A DNA stretch of 64,000 bases, from NCBI GenBank assembly GCA_033763315.1, contig JANRKS010000006.1, positions 1 through 64,000 on the forward strand, given 5' to 3'. This DNA is from Deltaproteobacteria bacterium (GTDB lineage: Bacteria > Myxococcota_A > Polyangia > Fen-1088). The position numbers and the translations under genes are program-made. Shown piece after piece: positions 1-8,535 of the stretch. The stretch's first letter is position 1. The number at the start of each line of letters is the position of its first letter. The notes beneath the pieces are model-generated. The model ran no database searches. It saw only the letters and a list, made by a program, of their open reading frames with translations, and had not been told where the DNA came from.

Positions 1-78
1 GGTCGAACACCAATGCAGACCTTCGATGATGGAATCAGAATTTGGAAAGCCAAAGCCATCGGTGACCAAGCCGCTTAA
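1..78 (+). CDS. IS481-family transposase, C-terminal 25 aa (5' partial)
   Basis: GRTPMQTFDDGIRIWK motif; stop TAA at 76-78. Confidence 0.7.
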   Translation, partial: GRTPMQTFDDGIRIWKAKAIGDQAA

Positions 79-141
79 CATTTGAACTGACAGACACGGT
101 CGCAGTCAGGGTGACTGTCAGATCAAGTCGTGGTTACTACA
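1..141 (+). mobile_element. Right end of an IS481-family insertion sequence (partial at window edge)
   Basis: Frame 1 reads GRTPMQTFDDGIRIWKAKAIGDQAA*, resembling C-termini of ISSod13-like IS481 transposases. Followed by CTGTCAGATCAAGTCGTGGTTACTACA ending in ACA at 141, matching the IS481 TGT...ACA termini. Confidence 0.75.
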
Positions 142-705
142 GCTGATTCTCATGTCCCGCCACGCCAATGCGTGAATTTGTTCCGTCAATGGAAAGCTTC
201 GATCGCCAGAGTGAACCACGTCAAGACGCTCAAGGTGTAAGTCGCGCAAGGCTATACGCATTGATGGGGTCACTTGAGGAGCAGTGGTTCGTTTGATCTC
301 AAAGGCGCGTCGTTGCTCCCCTCGCACCACAAGCAGATCCAATTCGGCGCCGCTATGGGTTCCCCAGAAGTGGCACTCTCGGTTGCGAGCTCCCAACGCT
401 CGCGCAATCTCATCAATGCAAAATCCTTCCCAAGAGGCTCCAACTTTTGGATGGCGAACCAAGTGGGGTAGGTCTGCGATTTCAAGAAGGGTGTGAAGAA
501 TTCCCGAATCACGTATGTACGCCTTTGGCGCCTTCACCTGCCGCTTGCTCATGTTTTCGTGCCAAGGAAGCAGTTGGCGAACCATGAAGGTGTCTTCTAA
601 AATATCCGAATAGCGTCGCACGGTGTTGTCAGTGGTCGCCAGTGCGCGGCCGAGCTCCGACCAGTTCATGACTTGGCCGTGCCAATGTGCAGTAGCATTT
701 TTCAA
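118..705 (-). pseudogene. DUF4143-domain fragment of an AAA_14/DUF4143 ATP-binding protein; N-terminal ATPase missing, 3' end interrupted by IS
   Basis: Motifs AHWHGQVMNWSELG, KRQVKAPKAYIRDSG, GASWEGF and HSGAELDLL...FEIK. No Walker A. The last 8 codons lie in the IS end. Confidence 0.75.
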
Positions 706-715
706 TGCTCCATAC

Positions 716-750
716 CTTGAAAATTCGATTATTGAGATCGAGTTTTCAAG
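716..750. promoter_or_regulatory. 14-bp inverted repeat (putative operator) at the original start of the DUF4143 gene
   Basis: CTTGAAAATTCGAT-N7-ATCGAGTTTTCAAG, 1 mismatch; minus-strand ATG at 713-711. Confidence 0.6.
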
Positions 751-912
751 TCAAGCGACCCCAGCAAGTCGTGCGATGATGCATTGAGCATGGCGAACAT
801 GTGTGGTGCTTCGCTGAACCTCCAACGAAGGGGGGTGGATGCCACGGTTTACGCCCTTTGGGGCACCCGTTGCGTCAGCCGAACCCCGTGGAGCTCGACT
901 TCCCGACGCGAC

Positions 913-942
913 TTAGCTAACATAGCTATATGAAGATAGCTA
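913..942. promoter_or_regulatory. Putative TA autoregulatory operator (TAGCTA palindromes)
   Basis: TTAGCTAA 913-920, ATAGCTAT 922-929 and TAGCTA 937-942 surround the antitoxin ATG. Confidence 0.55.
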
Positions 943-1229
943 AGCTGTCTGAAGCGAAGGACGACTTGTCACGGTACGTCGACTATGTGCGCCGTGGTGG
1001 AAGCGTGAGAATCCTTCTGCGGGGTGTCCCGGTCGCCGATTTGGTGCCTATCGAGGCGACGAATGCATCTTCGCGAAGCGCGGAACAGGCACTCGCGGAC
1101 CTCGAACGTCGCAGCATTTTACGGCGAGGGTCCGGTGAGGCGTGGGAAGAACTGCTGGAGGCAGGCCCCGCCCTGCGAGGACGTTCGGCTGTCGAGGACG
1201 TGCGCGAAGAGCGTGAAAAAGGATGGTGA
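930..1229 (+). CDS. Phd/YefM-family type II antitoxin
   Basis: N-terminal KIAKLSEAKDDLSRYVDYVRRGGSVRILLRGVPVADLVP; overlaps the PIN toxin start. Confidence 0.9.
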   Translation: MKIAKLSEAKDDLSRYVDYVRRGGSVRILLRGVPVADLVPIEATNASSRSAEQALADLERRSILRRGSGEAWEELLEAGPALRGRSAVEDVREEREKGW

Positions 1230-1657
1230 GGTTTTGGGATACCTCGGCCCTCGTACCGCTCCTCGTGGAAGAGCCCACGAGTGCCTCGTGCCGAAGGCTT
1301 CTGCAGGACAAGATTCCAATGGTGGTGTGGGCATTGACGAGAACGGAGCTCTCCTCGGCTTTATGGCGGCGAGCTCGGGCCGGCGACGTACGACGAACAG
1401 ATATACCCATTGCAGTGAAGCGGTTGTCGGCCCTCGCGACACGTTGGAATGAAGTCACTGATTTGGATCTCGTCAGAGATCGCGCCGATCGCCTTCTTGC
1501 GGTTCATCCTTTAAGAGCCGCAGACGCACTGCAATTGGCGGCTGCGTTGGTCGTTTATGAAGAGCGACCAAAGGGCCGTGACTTCGTAACGAGCGACGGT
1601 GCTTTGGCTTCATCAGCGGAAGCCGAAGGATTCAATGTCTTGATCCCTCGGGGGTAG
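1223..1657 (+). CDS. vapC: VapC-family PIN-domain toxin
   Basis: FWDTSALVPL...E and LRAADALQLAAA...FVTSD PIN motifs; start may be GTG 1226. Confidence 0.9.
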   Translation: MVRFWDTSALVPLLVEEPTSASCRRLLQDKIPMVVWALTRTELSSALWRRARAGDVRRTDIPIAVKRLSALATRWNEVTDLDLVRDRADRLLAVHPLRAADALQLAAALVVYEERPKGRDFVTSDGALASSAEAEGFNVLIPRG

Positions 1658-1734
1658 ACGTACCCGGGCTCCCTCGGCAGAATTCCATCAGAAAAGAGCA
1701 GGCCTACCGCTAGGACGGGGCCGCTGGCTTCGTC

Positions 1735-4700
1735 ATGTTAGGGGCGATGGCAATGGCCCAATCTTCAGCTTTCACTTGCCTTCGTGTTCTCACTGGCCTT
1801 GTGCTTACCGTTACCTGGGGCCCCCTTGCGGCGAAGGCAGATCCTTCGAGCGCGTCCGTGGCCGTCGACTTTGCCCACGAGGTACGTCCCATTCTTTCAC
1901 GGCATTGTTTCGCGTGCCATGGGCCCGACCCAGCGCACCGCAAGGCGGGCTTTCGCATTGACATTAAGGAGGGCGCCTTTGCCACCTTGGACGAAGGTAA
2001 AGGGGCGATCGTTCCGGGCAAACCTGAAGCGAGTGAGGTGTTTGCACGCATCACGCATGCGGATGTGGACGAGCGCATGCCACCCAAAGAAACAGGAAAA
2101 GCATTGTCAACCAGCGAGGTTCAAACCTTGCGGCGGTGGATCGCAGAAGGCGCACCTTGGAGCGGCCATTGGTCTTTCGAGCCCATAAAGCGGCCGTCAC
2201 CGCCCCATCCCGTGAACCCCGAGTTGATTCGAAATCCGATCGACAACTTTGTGCAGGCATCGGCTCGCTCGGTTGGGCTCACGCCTGCACCACAAGCGGC
2301 GCCGGCTGTGCTCTTGCGAAGGCTATCGTTGGATCTTGTTGGGCTTTTGCCCGCGCAAAGCGACGTTGACGACTTCGTTGCGCATCCAAGCGACGCAAAC
2401 TATCGGCGCTACGTTGACCGCTACCTCAACTCTGCCGCGTACGGCGAACGCTGGGCGCGCGTGTGGCTGGATCTTGCGCGCTACGCAGACACGAAGGGAT
2501 TCGAGAAGGACCAAGTGCGAACCATTTGGCGCTATCGGGATTGGTTGATCAGCGCGCTCAATCAAGACATGCCCTTTGACCGCTTTTCCACGGAACAACT
2601 TGCAGGCGATCTCCTGCCGAATGCCACACAAGACCAGATCCTGGCCACTGCCTTTCATCGAAACACAATGACCAACGACGAGGGTGGTACAGATGATGAG
2701 GAGTTTCGCGTCGCTGCGGTAAAGGATCGCGTGGATGTGACCATGCAGGTGTGGATGGGCCTTACGGCTGGTTGTGCGAAGTGCCACGATCACAAGTACG
2801 ATCCGATCACGCAAGTCGATTACTACCGCCTGTTCGCGTTCTTCAATCAGACCCAAGACGCCGATCGCTGGGACGATGCGCCGCTGGCGGCGATGCCAAC
2901 CAACCCACAGCGTGCGCAACTTGCGAAACTGCAGGCTGACGAACTTTCTCTAAAGCGCAAGTTAGTCGCACAGGCGAAGCAAACGCCCGACTTTCTTGCG
3001 TGGCGCACGCGCCTGCGAAGAACTTTGAGCCGCGACTATGCCGCCACCGCAGCCGCGGGGCTTCTGCGGCCCATCGTCCGAGGTTCCTGGCATCGTACAG
3101 GGCCGTACGCGCGAAAGGGCGAACGTGCGTTCGATGTCGCTTTCGAGCCACAGAACGCGCCGTTTGATCCCAAACGAGTCTTCGATGGTGGGCAAACACG
3201 ATGGAATGAACGAGCGGCATGGAAAGATGGCGCCGAAGTTAGGTTTGGCGACGACCGTGCCGAAGTGGTTTGGTACGCGGGGCGTACATTTGAGGTTTCG
3301 TCGCGTCGCAGGGTGGCGTTCTCGGTACGAACCGGTGTGGCGTTGGCCGTTTGGATCGATGGCGTTCTGCAGCCTCGAACGGATCCGGTGGCGTTCGAGT
3401 TCGATGGCGAATGGCTGCCCGGCGTACACTCAATCGTTCTAAAGTTGGCAGACAACGACGCTAAAGAAACGTTTGTGTTTGATTGGCGTGCAGACGACGT
3501 TGGTACAGAGCCTGTGCAAGTAGCGGCCCGTCTGCTGGCGCCCCAGCAGGATGGCACAGACGAATCTGATGTGGCCGCACGCTTCTTTTCCGTCTTTGAT
3601 CCGGAAGGCTCCGACGAGCGACGCCCGGACGTGCCCTTTGTTAATGCCCGTGCGACTTTGCAAAAGCTGCGTCGAATCAGGGCCGAACGCGAGGCGGCAG
3701 ACGCGGCTGTGGCTCGTATCCCGATTCTTAAAGATCTAACGGCGCCTGCGCGACGAAAAACGTTCTTGCACGCGCGGGGCGATTTTCTTTCGCCGGGTGC
3801 CGAGGTGCAACCTGGAACACCCAGCGCCTTCTTTCCCTCCAGAGGCGAAGGCAACCGCCTAACGTTGGCCCGTTGGTTGTTCGACCCTCGTAACCCTCTG
3901 ACAGCAAGGGTTGCCGTTAATCGAATGTGGGCGCAGATGTTCGGCCGAGGTTTGGTGGAAACGGAAGAAGACTTCGGTGCCCAAGGTACGCCTGCTAGCC
4001 ATCCTATGCTGCTTGATTGGTTGGCCAGTGAGTTTGTTCGTCAGCGGTGGTCGCCAAAGGCGCTGTGCCGCACGATCGTGCTTTCGCACACCTACAGGCA
4101 AGCCTCCGAAGCCAGCCGTCAAGGCATCGAACGTGATCGTTACAACGTGTGGTTAACCCGCGGACCGCGCTTTCGCATGGAGGGTGAAATGGTCCGCGAC
4201 AACGCTCTGTTGGTGGCGGGGTTGCTTTCGCCAAAAATTGGCGGCCCGTCAGTGATGCCAATGCAGCCCGAAGGCATTTGGCGAAGCGTATATAGCGGGG
4301 TCAAGTGGGAAACCAGCCCTGGAGAAGATCGCCATCGCCGCAGCCTTTATACCTTCGTAAAGCGTACGTCTCCTTATCCCTCGATGACGACTTTCGACGC
4401 TCCGTCACGCGAGGTATGCACGATTCGGCGATTTCGATCAAACACACCACTTCAGGCTTTGGTCACGCTGAACGATCCTGTATTCACCGAGGCTGCGCAG
4501 GGGTTGGCCAGATGCATGTTGACCTTGAACCTCGGGGTATCTCAGCGGGTGGCGCAAGGGTTTGAGTGGACCACGGCGCGTGCCCCGCTTCCTGACGAGT
4601 TGAATACCTTGGTGGCCTTGTTTCGAAGGCGTTTGGCATATTTCCGCAAGCACCAAAAAGAAGCAGCGTCTGCGGCCACGCAACCTCTTGGTGCGTTACC

Positions 4701-4788
4701 ACCGGGTGAAGACGCGGCCGAACTTGCGGCATACACGGTGGTAGGCAGCGTGCTTCTAAATCTAGATGAGTTTTTGACGAAGGGTTAG
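1735..4788 (+). CDS. Planctomycete cytochrome c / DUF1549 / DUF1553 domain protein
   Basis: VRPILSRHCFACHGPD, NPIDNFV, YGERWARVWLDLARYADT, CAKCHDHKYDPI, NPLTARVAVNRMW and NTPLQAL; two CxxCH motifs. Confidence 0.92.
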   Translation: MLGAMAMAQSSAFTCLRVLTGLVLTVTWGPLAAKADPSSASVAVDFAHEVRPILSRHCFACHGPDPAHRKAGFRIDIKEGAFATLDEGKGAIVPGKPEASEVFARITHADVDERMPPKETGKALSTSEVQTLRRWIAEGAPWSGHWSFEPIKRPSPPHPVNPELIRNPIDNFVQASARSVGLTPAPQAAPAVLLRRLSLDLVGLLPAQSDVDDFVAHPSDANYRRYVDRYLNSAAYGERWARVWLDLARYADTKGFEKDQVRTIWRYRDWLISALNQDMPFDRFSTEQLAGDLLPNATQDQILATAFHRNTMTNDEGGTDDEEFRVAAVKDRVDVTMQVWMGLTAGCAKCHDHKYDPITQVDYYRLFAFFNQTQDADRWDDAPLAAMPTNPQRAQLAKLQADELSLKRKLVAQAKQTPDFLAWRTRLRRTLSRDYAATAAAGLLRPIVRGSWHRTGPYARKGERAFDVAFEPQNAPFDPKRVFDGGQTRWNERAAWKDGAEVRFGDDRAEVVWYAGRTFEVSSRRRVAFSVRTGVALAVWIDGVLQPRTDPVAFEFDGEWLPGVHSIVLKLADNDAKETFVFDWRADDVGTEPVQVAARLLAPQQDGTDESDVAARFFSVFDPEGSDERRPDVPFVNARATLQKLRRIRAEREAADAAVARIPILKDLTAPARRKTFLHARGDFLSPGAEVQPGTPSAFFPSRGEGNRLTLARWLFDPRNPLTARVAVNRMWAQMFGRGLVETEEDFGAQGTPASHPMLLDWLASEFVRQRWSPKALCRTIVLSHTYRQASEASRQGIERDRYNVWLTRGPRFRMEGEMVRDNALLVAGLLSPKIGGPSVMPMQPEGIWRSVYSGVKWETSPGEDRHRRSLYTFVKRTSPYPSMTTFDAPSREVCTIRRFRSNTPLQALVTLNDPVFTEAAQGLARCMLTLNLGVSQRVAQGFEWTTARAPLPDELNTLVALFRRRLAYFRKHQKEAASAATQPLGALPPGEDAAELAAYTVVGSVLLNLDEFLTKG

Positions 4789-4794
4789 AAGGCC

Positions 4795-6309
4795 ATGCCC
4801 ACATTACCTAAGCGCAACCACACAACCATAGATCCCGACCAAGCTCGGACTATGCGACGCCTCTGGCTACTTAGCCGGCGTGACCTTGGCGGTTTGGGGG
4901 CCATGGCGATGGCTTCGTTTGTGCCACGAACGCTGCGCGCCGATGCACCTGCCCGGCGTGGATTTGGGCGCGCCAAAAATGTCATCTTTTTGCATATGGC
5001 GGGGGCGCCGTCACAGTTGGATCTGTGGGATCACAAACCCACTCTCAATCGCCTAGACGGAAGCGAATGTCCGAAGCAGCTGTTAGAGGGCAAACGCTTC
5101 GCCTTCATCCGTGGTGTGCCACGCATGCTCGGATCGAAGTTCAAGTTTGCTCAGTATGGCCAAAGCGGCGCTTGGCTAAGCGACCTTCTTCCCAACTTCG
5201 CCAGCGTTGTGGACGATGTTGCGATCGTCAAATCGATGCACACCGACGAATTCAATCACGCCCCTGGGCAGTTGATGACGCTGACTGGGCGATCGCAGTT
5301 TGGAGGCGCTTCGCTTGGATCGTGGCTCTCTTATGGGTTGGGCGAAACTGGAAAGAACCTACCGGCATTCGTGGTGCTACTTTCGGGCGGCAAAACGCCC
5401 GACGGTGGCAAAAGCCTGTGGGGCAACGGGTTTCTGCCATCTGTGCACCAAGGCGTCGAATGCCGAAACACGGGCGATCCAATCTTGTTCTTGGGCAATC
5501 CCGAGGGCGTGAGCCGGGAAACCCGTCGTGACGCCTTGGATGTTGTGGGTCGCTTGAACCGCAATACGGCTGTGCGGACATTGGATGGCGAATCGGAAGC
5601 ACGTATCGCTCAATACGAACTAGCGTTTCGTATGCAAACCGCCGTTCCAGACGCCGTGAACATCGCGGCTGAACCCAAGCATATTCTTGATCTTTACGGC
5701 GCGGTGCCAGGCTTTGCGACCGCGTCCGAATCTGCTGACGATCCTCGCACCTTGTTTAGGGGCACTGATGCGCGTTTTGCGAACAACTGCCTGTTGGCGC
5801 GGCGGTTGGTCGAGAACGGCGTGCGCTTCGTACAGCTGTTTGATTGGGGTTGGGATCACCACGGTGCGACACCGGGTGAAAGCATCGACCAAACGTTGCC
5901 GATCAAGGCCCAGCAAATCGATCGAGCGGTGACAGGGCTACTAAAAGATCTGAAGCAGCGTGGCTTATTGGATGAAACGTTGGTTGTGTGGGCCTCCGAG
6001 TTTGGGCGGACGCCCATGCAGCAAAATGCTCAAACGCAGCGGTTCATTGGGCGCGATCACCACCCACATGCCTTTACGATCTGGATGGCAGGCGGGGGCA
6101 TTCGCGGCGGCCAAACCTATGGGGAAACCGACGAGATTGGCTACTATCCTGTAAAGAATCCGATGCATGTTCGCGATTTACAGGCCACCATCTTGCATCT
6201 GGCTGGCTTCGATCCGTGGCGGTTTTCATATCCCTTTTCTGGATTGGACCAACGCTTGATCGGGCCCGATGACAGCAAAGTTCGTCTGCATGAAGAGTTG
6301 TTGGGGTAA
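4795..6309 (+). CDS. DUF1501 domain protein (twin-arginine signal)
   Basis: SRRDL signal; AKNVIFLHMAGAPSQLDLWDHKP, CLLARRLVENGVRFVQL, WDHH, SEFGRTP, GRDHHP. Confidence 0.92.
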   Translation: MPTLPKRNHTTIDPDQARTMRRLWLLSRRDLGGLGAMAMASFVPRTLRADAPARRGFGRAKNVIFLHMAGAPSQLDLWDHKPTLNRLDGSECPKQLLEGKRFAFIRGVPRMLGSKFKFAQYGQSGAWLSDLLPNFASVVDDVAIVKSMHTDEFNHAPGQLMTLTGRSQFGGASLGSWLSYGLGETGKNLPAFVVLLSGGKTPDGGKSLWGNGFLPSVHQGVECRNTGDPILFLGNPEGVSRETRRDALDVVGRLNRNTAVRTLDGESEARIAQYELAFRMQTAVPDAVNIAAEPKHILDLYGAVPGFATASESADDPRTLFRGTDARFANNCLLARRLVENGVRFVQLFDWGWDHHGATPGESIDQTLPIKAQQIDRAVTGLLKDLKQRGLLDETLVVWASEFGRTPMQQNAQTQRFIGRDHHPHAFTIWMAGGGIRGGQTYGETDEIGYYPVKNPMHVRDLQATILHLAGFDPWRFSYPFSGLDQRLIGPDDSKVRLHEELLG

Positions 6310-6324
6310 AGTCTTCAGGGATCG

Positions 6325-7179
6325 GTGAGGCCTTACTACGAAAAACTGCACGCAGAGCCTGGGCGTCTTATTTTCTGCCGCTTGAGGACGGATGATGCGT
6401 TTGCTTTTGCTTGGCACCATCACGCTGAGTACGAGATCACCCTCATTGTGAACGGCCGAGGCACGCGTTTCGTGGGCGACCATCTGAGCGGCTACGAGCC
6501 CGGCGATCTCGTTCTGCATGGTCCTCACCTTCCACACACTTACGAATCTCTTCGCACTGTCAAAGGTCCGCACGAGGCCGTGGTTGTGCAGTTTAGCGAC
6601 GATATTTTCGGCAAGCGTGGTTTGGACGCTTTGGGACCGGGTCCGCTGCACGAGCTCTTGAAAAACAGCCAGCGCGGCATACATTTCGTCCAGATGCAAA
6701 GTCAGGGGTTGGCGGCGCGCCTCTTGGCGATGCCCACGCTCGCCCCGGTGGCGCAACTTGCCGAGCTGTTGCTGCTGCTAGAAGCGATGGCGCAAGCAAC
6801 GGGCGTGCAAACACTTTCGACACGTGTGTTCTCGGGACGCGAAGGGACCAGCCGCCAGCACCCCTTAGATAAGGTGCATCGTTACGTGTCCGAACACCTA
6901 GCCAACCCCATCACCGTGCAAGACGCGGCAGGGCAGGCGGGCATGGGGGCATCCACGTTCAGCCGCTTCATTAAGCGCAGCACGGGGCATTCGTTTGTGC
7001 GTTATCTAACCGAGATGCGTATTGCGGAGGCATGCAGGCTGCTTATCGATACGGATGCGGCGATTTCTCAGATCGCACGCGAAGTAGGTTTGGCCAACGT
7101 TTCCCACTTCAACGATCGCTTCTTGTCGCTTAGGAACATCCGACCCTCCGAATACCGGCGAGCGTTTCGCAAACGCTAA
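6325..7179 (+). CDS. AraC-family transcriptional regulator (cupin + HTH)
   Basis: WHHHAEYEITLI...GPHLPH cupin; FSRFIKRSTG...ISQIAREVG...FNDRF HTH. Confidence 0.92.
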   Translation: MRPYYEKLHAEPGRLIFCRLRTDDAFAFAWHHHAEYEITLIVNGRGTRFVGDHLSGYEPGDLVLHGPHLPHTYESLRTVKGPHEAVVVQFSDDIFGKRGLDALGPGPLHELLKNSQRGIHFVQMQSQGLAARLLAMPTLAPVAQLAELLLLLEAMAQATGVQTLSTRVFSGREGTSRQHPLDKVHRYVSEHLANPITVQDAAGQAGMGASTFSRFIKRSTGHSFVRYLTEMRIAEACRLLIDTDAAISQIAREVGLANVSHFNDRFLSLRNIRPSEYRRAFRKR

Positions 7180-8535
7180 CTAGCCCAATCCCTCGATTGG
7201 CTTTTGCGCCAAGTCCTTCCCCTCGCCGAAGCGTTCAACGGTTGGGTCAAACAGCCGCAACAACGTCAACGCCATACGCGCTGTGCTTTCGGTACTTGGC
7301 AAGCGCACGTGTACGTCTCCTCTCAGTGCCCCGCCTGCCTTGCCCACCAGCAACATCGGGAATTCCTCGGAGCTGTGCGTGCGCCCAAACGATAGTTCGC
7401 TGGTCAACAGCGTGACCGAATTGTCGAGCAGTGATCCCCCGGCTTCCGGGGTTGCGGCCAAGGCTTCCAAGTACGTTCGAAACTGGCGGAGCGTGTAGTG
7501 CACCGATTTTGTAAACTGCGGCTGATCGCCTTCTTCGAGGTGACTGATTTTGTCGTGGATATCGCCCTCGATCCCTAAAAAGCGATAGTCAACATGTGCC
7601 GCGGGCAAGCTCCACATGTATGAGATGACTCTCGTCATGTCGCAGGCCAGCGCATACGTCATCAAGGTGGTCATCGCGCCGTGTACGTCCTCGGGCACGC
7701 CTGACTTCTGTGCGACGGTGAAATCGGAGAACGAGCCATCAAGCTTCGCTGAACAGCTTTTCACCCCTTGAACGGGTGAGATCTGCTTTTCAAGTTGTTG
7801 AATCCCGTCCAAGTGTTGATCAAGGCGAAGCAGATCTTCACGCCCAAGGCGCTTTCGCAACCGCTCGATGTCACCTTTTACAAGATCGACTGTCAGCTGC
7901 CGAAAGCGCGAGCGGGCCTTTGCAGGCGATTGCCCTGCGGAACCATCGCCCGGAGCCTTGCCGAACAGACGTGTAAACACGGCGCTGGCGCTGTAGATCG
8001 GATAGTTGGGCGCGTTGATCTGGTTGTGCGAGATCGTTCGCGAGAACTCCACGCCCTTTAGATTGGGGTTCGCTTGCGACAATCCAAGTTCCAACGAGCG
8101 GAAGGGTGTGTTGCTTCCGATCTTTTTGGCGATCATTTGATCGAGGGTTTCTGAGGCAGGATCCACACGGTTGATGAGCCGCCTGCCCGTAAACAGCGCC
8201 GCCATACCTATTATGTGGCCTTCCCCTTCTTTCTCAAGCGCCCGGGCTCCGGTGACGAGGCTCATATACGGCTTGAACGCGGCAATCTCCTGAAGATGCT
8301 CGGAGAGCTGCCATTGTTGGCCAGTGCCTTGCGAGGAAGGAATCCATCGGGGCGGAACGATCCCGTTGCCAAAAAACCAAGTAACGAAACGTTTTGGTAG
8401 GGGGCCGCCTTGGGCGTAGGCCGTGCCGCTGTTGTTGAGCATGCCACCAAGGCGTGGCAGGGGCACTGCCACCAAACCACCGCCAGCCAAGATCCCCCGC
8501 AACACGGTACGCCTTGCAATGGGCTTCGACTTCAT
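7180..8535 (-). CDS. DUF1552 (HxxSHH) domain protein, copy 1
   Basis: ARRTVLRG Tat signal; FFGNG, SLELG, LDQHLDGI, ACDMTRV, HDKISH, LLDNS...SE. Confidence 0.9.
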   Translation of the reverse strand: MKSKPIARRTVLRGILAGGGLVAVPLPRLGGMLNNSGTAYAQGGPLPKRFVTWFFGNGIVPPRWIPSSQGTGQQWQLSEHLQEIAAFKPYMSLVTGARALEKEGEGHIIGMAALFTGRRLINRVDPASETLDQMIAKKIGSNTPFRSLELGLSQANPNLKGVEFSRTISHNQINAPNYPIYSASAVFTRLFGKAPGDGSAGQSPAKARSRFRQLTVDLVKGDIERLRKRLGREDLLRLDQHLDGIQQLEKQISPVQGVKSCSAKLDGSFSDFTVAQKSGVPEDVHGAMTTLMTYALACDMTRVISYMWSLPAAHVDYRFLGIEGDIHDKISHLEEGDQPQFTKSVHYTLRQFRTYLEALAATPEAGGSLLDNSVTLLTSELSFGRTHSSEEFPMLLVGKAGGALRGDVHVRLPSTESTARMALTLLRLFDPTVERFGEGKDLAQKPIEGLG

